Shown here piece after piece: positions 24,793 through 34,541 of a stretch of DNA of 40,696 bases. Where the stretch lies: contig VAYG01000052.1 in assembly GCA_005885015.1 (NCBI GenBank), forward strand, positions 1 to 40,696, in the 5' to 3' direction. The stretch is from Actinomycetota bacterium. Its GTDB lineage: Bacteria > Actinomycetota > UBA4738. How positions within the stretch are numbered: position 1 is the stretch's first letter; every line of letters begins with the position of its first letter. A program made the position numbers and the translations under genes. Under the pieces are notes generated by a model. It was not told the DNA's origin. It saw only the letters and a program-made list of their open reading frames with translations, and made no database searches.

Positions 24793-27700
24793 ATGCCTTC
24801 CTCAACCGAGGGACCGCGAGAGCCGCTCCACGCGGTTCCGGGGCCGCCCGGACACCCTGGGTCGACGGGCTCGCTCCACGCGCGCAGGTCCTGGCACCGA
24901 CGCCTCCCTCTCCACCCGCGGCGCGCGATCGCTGCCTTCCGGCCGCGGCCGTTGGCCCTCCACCGTGTCCCCCTCTTGTTCGTCCTCGGACTGGCCCTGC
25001 TGTCGGTGCCGATCCTCCTCCAGCCGGGCCGATACCTCGCGGACACCCACGACACCCTGTGGTTCGCCCCTGGCTGGTACCTGCGCCACTCGCTGAGCGT
25101 GTGGCAGGACTCCGCGTTCCTCCGGGGCCAACCGAGCCTCGCCCCGATGGCGGCGTTCGTCTGGGCGCTGCGCTCCCTGGGTTTCTCCCTGTGGTTGGTC
25201 CAGCGCCTCTGGTACGGGGTCCTGATGGCCACGGCCGGCGTAGGGGCGGCCCTCCTCGTTCACCAACTGCATCCGCGGCTGCCTTCGATCGGCGCGCTGG
25301 CCGCGGGTCTCTTCTACGCGATCACGCCCTACGCGCTCGCGTACGGGCTGCTGTTCAGCCCGGCGTTCGTTCCCTACGCCCTCCTTCCCGTGCTGCTCCT
25401 GGTCACCGCTCGATGGCTTCCCCGGCGAGGGCTGACGGGTCCCGCCCTGTTCGGGCTCGTGGTGTTCGCCATGGGAGGAGGGAACGGCGCGCCTCAGCTC
25501 CTGGTCCTGCTGACGGTCGGCGCCTACGTGGTGTGGGTGGTCGGGGTGGAGCGAACCGTGGGGGTCCGGCGGGCGCTCGCCTTCGTCGTCCCCGCGCTGG
25601 CTTTCGCCGCCGCCATGAGCGCCTACTGGATCTTCTCGGGCTCACCGAAAGAGGCGGCCAATGCGCTCGCCTACAGCGAGCAGCCCCCGGTGATCAACGG
25701 CGCCTCGAGCTACGCAGAGTCGATCCGGGGGCTCGGATTCTGGCAGTTCTACGGAGGTGATGCCTACGGTCCGTGGATCCCGGCCGTGCGCAGCTTCGTG
25801 ACATCGCCCGGCCTGGTCCTGGCCGGCTTCATCCTGCCCGTCGCCGCTGTGGCCACAGCGTGGCTCAGCCGGTGGCGGACGCGGCTCCTCTTCCTGTTCC
25901 TGGCCCTGGGCTCGGTCGTCTGGATGGCCGGGATCTTCCCGGTCGGCACGTCGACGCCGTTCGGACGATCGTTGTCTTTCGCCTACCGCCACATCCGCCT
26001 CGTCGCCGGGCTGCGGACCACCTACAAGGTCGGCATGGTGCTGGAGCTCTGCCTGGCTCTCCTGGCGGGGATCGGGCTCGGCGAGCTCTGGAGCCGGTTG
26101 GAGGCGCGGCCCGGCGCACGACGGTGGCGCGGCGCGGCCGCGGCGGCGGCCGCGGTGGTGATCCTGGCCGCCGCCTCCCCGGTTTGGACCGGGAGCTACG
26201 CCGCGCCTCGGAGTGCCAGGGCCATCCCCGACTACTGGAAGGACGCGCTTCGGTTCGAGCAGGGCCGGTCGATGGACCACCGGACGTTCTTCGCCCCAGG
26301 GACGCTGTTCCCCGTGTACCGCTGGGGAGGGCTGATGGAGGGCGTCGGACAGTCGGCTCCGCAGATCTCGCCGGTGTCGGCGTGGCCGTTCCCGGTCGAC
26401 TACCACTACGAGACGAATCTCCTGGCGGCGGTGGAACGCTCCTACCAGAACGGATTCCATGCGCGCCGAACGGCGGATCTCCTTCGTTATCTCGGGGTTC
26501 GCGACGTCGTGCTCCAGAACGACCTGGACTGGCAGCGGAGCGAAACCGCCAGGCCGGCCGACGTGGAACGGCTCGCCCGGGACCGGTCGCTGGAGCCGGT
26601 CACGTCGTTCGGGCCGGTCGGCCGTTACACCGCCGTCTCGGGGAGCGGTAGCCCGGTCGATGCCCAGCTCCGGGCGGCGCGCGGCCTCCCTCCCGTCCAG
26701 GTGCTTGCCGTCCCCGAGCCCAGGCCGGTCACCAGGGCGGAGTCGGGCGCCCCCATCGTGGTGAGCGGAGACGGGTACGGGTTGGCCACCCTGGCCGGCC
26801 TGGGATACCTGGAAGGGAGCCCGCCGGTCCTGTACTCGGGCGCGCTGGACCCGATGACCCTCCGGACCCTGGCCGCGGACCGTCCCATGTTCGTCGTGAC
26901 GGACTCGAACCGCCGGGCGGCCACGGACTTCAGCACCGCCCGCGGCGACCACGGGTACACGCTCGCTCCGGGAGAAGGGGGCGCGGCCACCGGCTACGGC
27001 CTCTTCGGGAACCGGCTTCACTCGCAGTCGGTGGCCGCGTTCGACGGCGTGCGATCGGTGACGGCGAGCCCCTCGGCCCCGCCGTTCGGCGGCCAGGCAG
27101 CCTTCGCGCCCTCGAACGCCTTCGACGAGGATCCCCGGACCTGGTGGCTCGTCGGCGCCTTCGGCGATCCCGTGGGGTCATGGGTCCAGGTCACGTTCGA
27201 TCGCCCGCGTTCCCTGTCGTCGGTGCACCTCGGGGTCCCGCCATTGGAGCTCGGACGGAGGGTGAGCGCCGCGCGCCTGTCCTTCTCCGACGGAAGTTCC
27301 GTCCTCGTCCCCGTGGGACCGTCCGGAGCAACGGCGACGTTCTCCCCACGCGTCTCGACGTCGCTGCGGGTGGAGATCGCCGGCGTGCAGGGGCCGGATC
27401 CGACGGGCGTCGGCTTCACCGACATCAGCATCCCGGGAGTGGTGGCCCGCCGCATGGTCAGGGTCCCGGACGACCTGACCAGGATGGCCCGAGATCCCGC
27501 CGTGCTGGCCATGATGGCCTCCTCCGACCTGGCATTCGTTTTCGAGCGGGCCCGAAGCGGCTCACAGTTCCTTCCCGACGAGGAGCAGGGGATCCTTCGA
27601 AGGTTCGACGTGCCCGTGAGCCGGACCTTCTCCCTTTCGGGCGTGGCCCGGCTCGACCGGGGCGCGCCCGACGAGGAGATCGACCGGCTCGTGCGCGGAC

Positions 27701-28674
27701 CCGGGCCGGTCTCCGCATCATCTTCGAGCCGCTTCCTGGACGATCCGGCGCTCCGGGCGAGCGCAGCGCTCGACGGGAATCCGGACACCGCCTGGGTGCC
27801 TGCCGGTACGGTCGGACAATGGATCCGGGTCACCTTCCCTCGACGGCGGCTCGATCGATTCGGCATGGAGGCCCAGTCGATGCCGGGACGGACCCCCATC
27901 AGCCAGATCCGGGTCGCTTTTCCGGACGGCTCCTCCTTCACCAGGCCGGTCCCTCCGAACGGCCGGCTCGAGGTTCGATTCGCCGCTCGCGCAACGTCGT
28001 CGGTCACCATCGCCGTCACGGGGGTGGCCTACGCCGGCCAGGGACCGCCCCCGCCCGTAGGGATCGCGGAGGTCCGGATCCCCGGCGTTTCGATCCCCGC
28101 CGCGCCGCGGCGGGCGGCCGCGCCCTGCATGGCCGGTCCCGCGTTCACCATCGACGGGAGGCCGGTGCCGATCCGGCTCCAGGGATCGATCGGGGCGCTC
28201 CTGGACGGCCGGCAGCTGAAGCTCTCCGCGTGCCGCGACGCGCTCGCCCTCGGACCGGGCCGCCATGACCTCGTGGCGGCGGGGGCGCTCCAGCCGGACA
28301 CGCTGGTCCTGGCCTCTCGAGGAACCGCCCCCAGGCCGGCGATATCGGGGCCTCCCGCGACCTCGGTCCACGCTCGGCCCGACGGTGGCTACGACATCGA
28401 CGTGGCCGGGGCCGCCGCCCCCTTCTACCTGGTCACCGGGCAGGACTGGGATCCCGGATGGACCGCCACCATCCAGGGAACGTCCCTGGGCCGGCCCATC
28501 ATCCTGGACGGGTACGCGGCCGGCTGGCGGGTCGACCGGGCGGGCTCATACCTGACCCGCATCCGGTACAAGCCCCAGCGCAGGTACGAGGCCGCATTGG
28601 CGCTGTCGGCGGCGGCGTTCCTGATCGCCATCGCCATCGTGGGATGGTCCCGCCGCCCCCGGAGGAAAGCGTGA
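24793..28674 (+). CDS. AftD-like (DUF3367) GT-C arabinofuranosyltransferase-family membrane protein with two discoidin/F5-8 type C-like modules
   Basis: LLQPGRYLADTHDTLWFAPGWYLRHSLSVWQD... N-terminal GT-C region with many TM helices; NAFDEDPRTWW and ALDGNPDTAWV carbohydrate-binding-module signatures; a C-terminal TM segment. Confidence 0.8.
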   Translation: MPSSTEGPREPLHAVPGPPGHPGSTGSLHARRSWHRRLPLHPRRAIAAFRPRPLALHRVPLLFVLGLALLSVPILLQPGRYLADTHDTLWFAPGWYLRHSLSVWQDSAFLRGQPSLAPMAAFVWALRSLGFSLWLVQRLWYGVLMATAGVGAALLVHQLHPRLPSIGALAAGLFYAITPYALAYGLLFSPAFVPYALLPVLLLVTARWLPRRGLTGPALFGLVVFAMGGGNGAPQLLVLLTVGAYVVWVVGVERTVGVRRALAFVVPALAFAAAMSAYWIFSGSPKEAANALAYSEQPPVINGASSYAESIRGLGFWQFYGGDAYGPWIPAVRSFVTSPGLVLAGFILPVAAVATAWLSRWRTRLLFLFLALGSVVWMAGIFPVGTSTPFGRSLSFAYRHIRLVAGLRTTYKVGMVLELCLALLAGIGLGELWSRLEARPGARRWRGAAAAAAAVVILAAASPVWTGSYAAPRSARAIPDYWKDALRFEQGRSMDHRTFFAPGTLFPVYRWGGLMEGVGQSAPQISPVSAWPFPVDYHYETNLLAAVERSYQNGFHARRTADLLRYLGVRDVVLQNDLDWQRSETARPADVERLARDRSLEPVTSFGPVGRYTAVSGSGSPVDAQLRAARGLPPVQVLAVPEPRPVTRAESGAPIVVSGDGYGLATLAGLGYLEGSPPVLYSGALDPMTLRTLAADRPMFVVTDSNRRAATDFSTARGDHGYTLAPGEGGAATGYGLFGNRLHSQSVAAFDGVRSVTASPSAPPFGGQAAFAPSNAFDEDPRTWWLVGAFGDPVGSWVQVTFDRPRSLSSVHLGVPPLELGRRVSAARLSFSDGSSVLVPVGPSGATATFSPRVSTSLRVEIAGVQGPDPTGVGFTDISIPGVVARRMVRVPDDLTRMARDPAVLAMMASSDLAFVFERARSGSQFLPDEEQGILRRFDVPVSRTFSLSGVARLDRGAPDEEIDRLVRGPGPVSASSSSRFLDDPALRASAALDGNPDTAWVPAGTVGQWIRVTFPRRRLDRFGMEAQSMPGRTPISQIRVAFPDGSSFTRPVPPNGRLEVRFAARATSSVTIAVTGVAYAGQGPPPPVGIAEVRIPGVSIPAAPRRAAAPCMAGPAFTIDGRPVPIRLQGSIGALLDGRQLKLSACRDALALGPGRHDLVAAGALQPDTLVLASRGTAPRPAISGPPATSVHARPDGGYDIDVAGAAAPFYLVTGQDWDPGWTATIQGTSLGRPIILDGYAAGWRVDRAGSYLTRIRYKPQRRYEAALALSAAAFLIAIAIVGWSRRPRRKA

Positions 28675-28997
28675 GGACCCGGCGGGCGATGGTCGGGGTC
28701 GTCTACCTGGCACTGCTCTGGTTCTTCGGAGGCAAGTACGGTGCCGCCGTGGGGATCGCCGTGCTCGCCGCGGACCTCGCCGGAGTGCCCCGCCGGGCCA
28801 TCTGGATCGCGTCGATGGCGTTCCTGGCCCAGGGCGTGCCCCGGTCGCCGGTGGTCGGCTCGAACTTCGGGACCGATCACCTGGTCGCGCACGTCCTGGT
28901 GGGGATCGGTCTGGCCGCCGCGGCCTACGCCGGGCTCCGCGAGCTCCTGGAGCCGCCGGCCGGTGGAAGGCCGCGGCGAGCTCACCCCGAACGCTGA
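28671..28997 (+). CDS. small integral membrane protein (3 predicted TM), unknown function
   Basis: The GTG overlaps the AftD-like stop (GTGA) and is preceded by GGAGGA (28661-28666). Hydrophobic segments are VGVVYLALLWFF, AAVGIAVLAADLA and HVLVGIGLAAAAYA. Confidence 0.55.
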   Translation: MRTRRAMVGVVYLALLWFFGGKYGAAVGIAVLAADLAGVPRRAIWIASMAFLAQGVPRSPVVGSNFGTDHLVAHVLVGIGLAAAAYAGLRELLEPPAGGRPRRAHPER

Positions 28998-29656
28998 GGA
29001 GGCTCCCACCCGGCGGGACGCTGCACGACGACCGCGCAATTCCACATCGCGATCTCCCGGAGCCCGGGGACCCGGGCCACGAACCCGAGGGAGGGCCAAT
29101 ACCTCGGCGCGACCTGCCGGACCTTCAGTCCGCTCGCCCGCAATCGCCGCAACGTCTCTCCGACGTGGACCACGAAGAGGGTCCGCCCGGGGAGGTTCGC
29201 CGGTTCCCGTCCGTGCAGCGCCCGGTACACGCGAGTCCCCGCGCGAGGACCCAGGTAGTGGAACGGGCTCATCTCGTGGCCTCCCCACGGCGACAGCCAG
29301 TTCGTCCACGAGACATAGATGGCGCCACCCGGCCGGCAGGTCCGGGCCAGCTCGAGGACGATCGTCATCGGATCGGGGACGTGCTCGAGGACGTTCGAGC
29401 ACAAGACGGCGTCGAAGGCGCCGTCACGGAACGGGAGGCGCTCGCCCCGGCCCATGACGAACGGCGTGCGGGTCACGCCGGGCCCCCACCCATCCTCGAC
29501 GTCGAGAGCCACGACGGTGGCACCCGCCCCGGCCAGCGCCTCCGCCATCGCCCCGATCCCCGCGCCCACGTCGAGCCACCGGCATCCCTCGATGGGGAGG
29601 CGGCATCGGCGGGCGTGCTCCAGCGTGGCCTCGGCCACAGCCCGGTAGAAGGGCAC
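28982..29656 (-). CDS. class I SAM-dependent methyltransferase
   Basis: WLDVGAGIGAMAEAL, VVALDVE, FDAVLCSNVLEHVPDP and CRPGGAIYVS. Confidence 0.8.
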   Translation of the reverse strand: MPFYRAVAEATLEHARRCRLPIEGCRWLDVGAGIGAMAEALAGAGATVVALDVEDGWGPGVTRTPFVMGRGERLPFRDGAFDAVLCSNVLEHVPDPMTIVLELARTCRPGGAIYVSWTNWLSPWGGHEMSPFHYLGPRAGTRVYRALHGREPANLPGRTLFVVHVGETLRRLRASGLKVRQVAPRYWPSLGFVARVPGLREIAMWNCAVVVQRPAGWEPPQRSG

Positions 29657-29796
29657 CGGATCACTTCCCAGCGAGAAGGCCAGCCGGAAGATCCGCGTCG
29701 TGCGGGGGATCCATCCACGTTCCTTGCGCGAGTTCCCGGCGATGACTTAGCGTATCGAGTCGCTCTGCCCGAGCGAGCACCAACCCAGGGGGGGAA

Positions 29797-30708
29797 GTGC
29801 GGAGGACACTCGGCTACATCGCATTCACGCTCGGCTGCCTGCTCATCTTCACGGCCCCCCTGATGCGCTGGTACGCGCTCCCGCGGGTGGAGAAGGCGCC
29901 CTACGACGTCGACGAGAAGACCGTCTCGCTCGGGTCTGGCCAGTATTTCAGCCCGGCGACCTTCTCACTGGTCGGTCCGGTTCCCGTGCAGAACACCCAG
30001 ACGGCGAAGGGGATCCCCGCGAAGAGCAACCATCGGGTGGCCGTGATCAACTTGTTCTCTCGGACGGTCGATCTTGTGAACGACGTCGGCATGGATTACA
30101 CGAACGACGTCTTCGCGTTCGACCGCAACACGGGGTTCGCCGTCCACTGCTGCGACGAGCAGCCCCGGCACGCCGGATACACGCTCAAGCTTCCATTCAA
30201 CATCGACAAGTCACGCGCGTATCCGTTCTGGGACACCACCGCCAAGGCGGCCATCCCCGTGCGGTACGTCCGAACCGAGGAGGTGGCCGGGCTCCAGGCG
30301 TACGTGTTCCAGAGCTACGTCGACGACATGGCGATCGGCACACTCGAGATCCCGGCCTCCTTCGACAACGGGCCCGACGACGAGAACATCACCGCCACGC
30401 GGCATTACCGGGCCACGACGACGTTGTGGGTGGAGCCGTTCACCGGGGCCATCCTCAAGGGCGGGCAGGTGGCCGCGCAGTGGGTCACCAACCCGCAGGG
30501 GAAGTTCATCATGCCGCTCGCCTTCACCGACCTCTTGAACGACCGGGCGAGCGTGGAGCGCACGGCCAAGAAGATCCGCGACAAGCTGTTCCAGCTTCGA
30601 TTCGTCGACTTCTGGTTCCCGGTCATCGGGCCGCTGGTGGGGCTGGTGCTCCTGGCCCTGTCGGCGGTCCTGCTGCGCCGTCCTCGAGCCCGGCGGGCCG
30701 GAGCCTGA
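29797..30708 (+). CDS. DUF3068 (PorA-family) membrane-anchored protein
   Basis: N- and C-terminal TM anchors. FDRNTGFAVHCC...HAGYTLKLPFNIDKSRAYPFWDTT...VAGLQAYVF matches my recollection of the family core. Visibly lower GC than the flanks. Confidence 0.65.
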   Translation: MRRTLGYIAFTLGCLLIFTAPLMRWYALPRVEKAPYDVDEKTVSLGSGQYFSPATFSLVGPVPVQNTQTAKGIPAKSNHRVAVINLFSRTVDLVNDVGMDYTNDVFAFDRNTGFAVHCCDEQPRHAGYTLKLPFNIDKSRAYPFWDTTAKAAIPVRYVRTEEVAGLQAYVFQSYVDDMAIGTLEIPASFDNGPDDENITATRHYRATTTLWVEPFTGAILKGGQVAAQWVTNPQGKFIMPLAFTDLLNDRASVERTAKKIRDKLFQLRFVDFWFPVIGPLVGLVLLALSAVLLRRPRARRAGA

Positions 30709-32472
30709 CGACCGCACTCCGCCGCCACGCGGTCGAGCTGGCCGCGGTGGCGCTGGCGTTGCTCGTCACCATCCCGCTCCTCGCTCCCGGCTTCGTCCTT
30801 TCCTACGACATGGTGTTCGTCCCCCGTCTCCCCTTCTCCTCGGCCCTCCTCGGGATCTCCCGGCTGCCCGCCCGCACCGTTCCCTCGGACCTCGGCGTCG
30901 CGGTGCTGTCCCGGGCGCTGTCGGGCCAGGTCGTGGAGAAGCTCGCCCTGGTGGGGATCTTCCTCCTCGGCATGCTGGGAGCCGCCCGCCTCATCCCCTC
31001 GGCGCGGCCGGCCGCTCGGGTGGGGGCCGGAGTCCTCTACGTGTGGAACCCGTTCCTGTACGAGCGGCTCCTGCTGGGGCACTGGGCGTTGCTGTTGGGC
31101 TATGCCCTGCTCCCGTGGGTGGCGCGGGCGGCGGTCGAGGTCCGGGAGGGCCGGGACCGGGCCGGGTGGCGGCTGTTCCTGGCCGTCACCGCCGCCGGGG
31201 TGGCGAGCCCCCATCCTCGTCTTTCCCCCCTGGCCCGAGGGGGGCCGCCGGGTCCGGTCCAACATCTTCCTGGTGGGGGGCATCGCCGTTGCGTCCAACC
31301 TCCCCTGGTTGATCCCTTCGCTCCTCCGCCCACCGCAACCGGGGCCGGCCTCGCTCGGCCTGGCGGCGTTCCGGGCCCGGGCCGACTCCCCGCTCGGCCT
31401 GATCGGCAGCTTGCTCTCACTCGGGGGGCTGTGGCGCACCGACCTGGCACCACCGGGACGAGCAGGCTGGTGGTGGATCCCCGCGTTCGCCCTGATCCTT
31501 GCGTTCGTCGTCCTGGGATGGATGGCACTGAGGCGACGGTGGCCGGCGGGTGTGTCGTGGGGCCTGCTCGCGGCGGGGCTCCTTGGATTCTTCCTGGCGG
31601 CCGCCCCCTCCCTTCCCGGAGCGCGCCCGGCCGTCCTGTGGATGATCCGCACGCTCCCAGGGGGAGCGATGTTCCGCGACTCCCAGAAGTTCGTGATGCT
31701 GCTGGCCCCCGGGCTCGCCGTCGGGTTCGGCCTGGGGATCGAGGTTGCCCTGGGAGCGCTGGCCTCGAGGGCGACCTCGAGCCGGCGGTGGAGCGGACTG
31801 GCCGCGGTGGCCCTGCCGATCCTGCCGGTCGCCCTCGCTCCTTCCCTGGCGTGGGGGGCCGCAGGCCGGCTGTCGACGGCCGGCTATCCGCCGTCGTGGA
31901 CCGCGGCTCAGCGGACGATGTCCGCCGACCCCGTCCCCGGCGCCGTCCTGGCCCTTCCTTGGCATGCGTACCTCCCGTTCATCTGGAACCACGGTCGCGT
32001 CGTCCACCAGCCGGCGCTCGAATACTTCACCCGCCCGGTCGTGGCCAGCTCGGCCCTGGAGCTGGGCCAGGCGACGATCCCCGACGAGGACCCCTGGTCG
32101 GCACTGGCCGGGGCGGTCGTCCTCGACGGCGGACCCTTGGAGGCACACCTGCCGTCCCTCGGCGTTCGCTACGTCCTGCTGTTCAAGGAGGCGGATTGGC
32201 CAGCGCTCAGGCCCAGGACCGCGGGCCTCGTCCCCGTCCTGGACACGGGCGATCTGGTTCTGTACCGAGGGCCCCCTCCAACCCGCGTCCCCTCGTTCCC
32301 CAGGCCGCCCGCGATCCCCGTGCTGGCTGCGGACGCCGTCTTCGCCGTGCTCGTGGCCGTCGCGGCGCTGCAAGTACGCAGGAGACGGCTTGGCTCGCCC
32401 GCCTTGACCGCCAAGTTACCGCAGAGTAAGAATCCCCCCTCGACCCGAGCCCACAAGGGGGGGAGCGTATGA
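30705..32472 (+). CDS. large polytopic membrane protein (possibly the Rv0226c-type partner of AftD loci), reading frame broken at a C5 run
   Basis: The N-terminal part reads LAPGFVLSYDMVFVPRLPF...LYVWNPFLYERLLLGHWALLLGYALLPW in frame 0. The remainder reads NLPWLIPSLL...LGGLWRTD...MFRDSQKFVMLLAPG... in frame +1, and the two join at 31208-31212. The start is unclear (CTGA overlap at 30705, GTG at 30747, TTG at 30759). Confidence 0.65.
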
Positions 32473-33056
32473 AGCGAGCGATCTTCGTCCTGGCAACGGC
32501 CACGCTGGTGTTCATGGGCGTGGGGGTGGCGGGGGCAAGGGTCATCGGGACGCCGGAGATCGACCAGTCCCTGGCCACGTTCACGGTCAACCCGATGGGC
32601 ACGCCCACGATGGTTCCGTGCTTGGGGGAGGATGGAGTCAACTACGTCACCGAAAGCGGGAAGTGGAAGGGCACGTCGGTCGACTCCAGCCCGGGAAGCC
32701 CCGACTACAGCTTGAACGGAAGCCTGACGATCAGCGCCAAGTTCACCGTCAACACCAGCACGGGCACGGGTGTGGGGACGGGGAGCTTCACCCTGAAGGC
32801 GGACGACGGATCGGTGGCCAAGGGCAAGTTCACCGTGGTCAACCAGATCATCAACGCCAACCAGGACTCGAACGGCCGGGGCCTGGTCGACGCGCCGATC
32901 AAGGTCAACGGGAACTCCACCGGCACCAGCCTCATCGCGAACTTCGAGTTCTTCGGGGACGGCACGACCGGCCAGATCAGCGGGCAGATCGGCGGACCGT
33001 CGAGCTTCGGTGCCCTCGACTACTCGGTCGAGTTCAACAACCAGACCTGCGCCTGA
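32469..33056 (+). CDS. secreted protein, unknown function (Thr/Gly/Ser/Asn-rich, probably all-beta)
   Basis: MKRAIFVLATATLVFMGVGVAGA is a signal peptide. The ATG overlaps the upstream stop (ATGA). There are two Cys residues (C51 and C194, one before the C-terminal residue). GC is lower than the surroundings. Confidence 0.7.
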   Translation: MKRAIFVLATATLVFMGVGVAGARVIGTPEIDQSLATFTVNPMGTPTMVPCLGEDGVNYVTESGKWKGTSVDSSPGSPDYSLNGSLTISAKFTVNTSTGTGVGTGSFTLKADDGSVAKGKFTVVNQIINANQDSNGRGLVDAPIKVNGNSTGTSLIANFEFFGDGTTGQISGQIGGPSSFGALDYSVEFNNQTCA

Positions 33057-33092
33057 GCGGGCCGAGCGCGCGCAAGAACGGGTTGGGATGGA

Positions 33093-33122
33093 GAGCGCGC
33101 CCGCCGAGAAGCGGGCGCGCTC
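33093..33122 (+). terminator. GC-rich hairpin (12-bp perfect stem, 6-nt loop) downstream of the secreted-protein gene
   Basis: GAGCGCGCCCGC-cgagaa-GCGGGCGCGCTC read directly. There is no U-tract; I recall factor-independent terminators in high-GC actinobacteria often lacking one. Confidence 0.5.
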
Positions 33123-33186
33123 CGTCCCTGGCCCCACCGGGATGGCTCTGTTATCGTCACCGCCGATCCGGACCGGGAGTCGAGGG

Positions 33187-33357
33187 ATGACGGGCGACGG
33201 GGAGCGTGGGTCGATCAAGCTGCTGGTCATCGCGGTGCTGGTGTCGCTCGGGCTGGCCTTCGGCGCCGCGTACGCCGCGGTGGTCAGTCAGAACCCCGGA
33301 ACCCGGGTCCCGGCGCCCTCCCCCATCTACGGCAATGAGATGAGGCCGTCCCCCTAG
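33187..33357 (+). CDS. DUF2613-like small membrane/secreted protein (56 aa)
   Basis: A single TM segment (IKLLVIAVLVSLGLAFGAAYAAV) followed by ...PSPIYGNE. This resembles the Rv0236A-type mini-protein (..VEYGN..) encoded beside aftD in mycobacteria, as I recall it. Confidence 0.45.
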   Translation: MTGDGERGSIKLLVIAVLVSLGLAFGAAYAAVVSQNPGTRVPAPSPIYGNEMRPSP

Positions 33358-34541
33358 CCGCCCGATGCGGGGGTGGCCAGGACGGGTTCGCCCGCTCGGA
33401 TCTGCTCCTCGACAAGCTCACGCTCGAGATCGGCGAGGAGCGCATCCAGCCGCGCGGCCGATTCCTCCCATCGGAACCCGGCGCCGTAGGCCCGCGCCGC
33501 GCACCCCATCCGATCGCGAAGGTCCTCGTCGACCAGGATCGACCGAAGGGCCTCGACGAACCCTTCGAATGAATCGACGAGGATCCCCGTCTCTCCGTCC
33601 CTGACCGACTCGACCAATCCACCCAGGCGGAAGGCCACCGCCGGGGTCGCCACCGCCGCGGCCTCCGACACGACCAGGCCCCACCCCTCCTTGACCGACG
33701 GCAGAGCCAGGACCCAGGCTTCGGCCAGGGCCCGGGTCTTGGCGGTTTCGCCGACGAACCCGTCGAACCGCACCACGTCACCGATCCCCAGGCGATCCGA
33801 CAGAACCCGCAACGAGTCGAGTGATGGGCCTCGCCCGATGACGCGGACCCGAAGCTCCGGGACCTCCTTCGTGAGGCCGACGTAGCAGATCGTGGGGTGA
33901 CTCGCCCGTGCAGCCCGGGCGATGTCGACGCCCTCCGGGGCACCGTTGTGGATCACGGTGATGCGCTCGGGATCGACCCCCAGGCGCTCCAGGTCCCGGC
34001 CCGTCGCCGAGGAGACGGCCACGTAGTCGCTCTTCCGGTACACCCTGGGGGAGAGCCACGACTCGATCCACCATCCGAGCCGAGCCACCCGGGGCCCGAA
34101 CCACATCGCCCATTGCTCCTGGTGGACGTGGTGGACGAGCACGACGACCGGCCGTCCGCAGTAGAGCGGAGAGAAGAACGGGACGCCGTTGTGGACGTCG
34201 ATGACCACGTCGTGCGGGCCGAACCGTCCCAGGACGTGGTAGAGCGCAGCCCAACCGTAGACCGTCCACCGGCCCCCCCGGCGGACGAACCGCACGCCGT
34301 GGCGGACCTCTTCGCGGGGTGCACCGTGATGGGCGGCACAGAACACGCCCACCGGGCGCCCCCCGGCCACCAGCCGGCGAGCCATCTCCTCCACGTAGAC
34401 CTCGGAGCCCCCGCCCTGCGGGTGGGCCCGGTCCCGCCAGTTCAGGATCAGGACGGCCCCTCGCGCCGGGCGACCCGCGGCCAGCACGCGCCGGACGTGC
34501 GCCGCCGCGACCCCCAGCAGGCTCGCGTGAACCGCCACCAT
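33354..34541 (-). CDS. GT4-family glycosyltransferase (N-terminal boundary unresolved; no stop separates it from the flippase C-terminus)
   Basis: VLILNWRDRAHPQGGGSEVYVEEMARRL, VIDVHNGVPFF and PSVKEGWGLVVSEAAAVATPAVAF...GETGILV. Candidate starts are the ATG at 34541 and the GTG at 34487. Confidence 0.75.
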   Translation of the reverse strand: MVAVHASLLGVAAAHVRRVLAAGRPARGAVLILNWRDRAHPQGGGSEVYVEEMARRLVAGGRPVGVFCAAHHGAPREEVRHGVRFVRRGGRWTVYGWAALYHVLGRFGPHDVVIDVHNGVPFFSPLYCGRPVVVLVHHVHQEQWAMWFGPRVARLGWWIESWLSPRVYRKSDYVAVSSATGRDLERLGVDPERITVIHNGAPEGVDIARAARASHPTICYVGLTKEVPELRVRVIGRGPSLDSLRVLSDRLGIGDVVRFDGFVGETAKTRALAEAWVLALPSVKEGWGLVVSEAAAVATPAVAFRLGGLVESVRDGETGILVDSFEGFVEALRSILVDEDLRDRMGCAARAYGAGFRWEESAARLDALLADLERELVEEQIRAGEPVLATPASGG

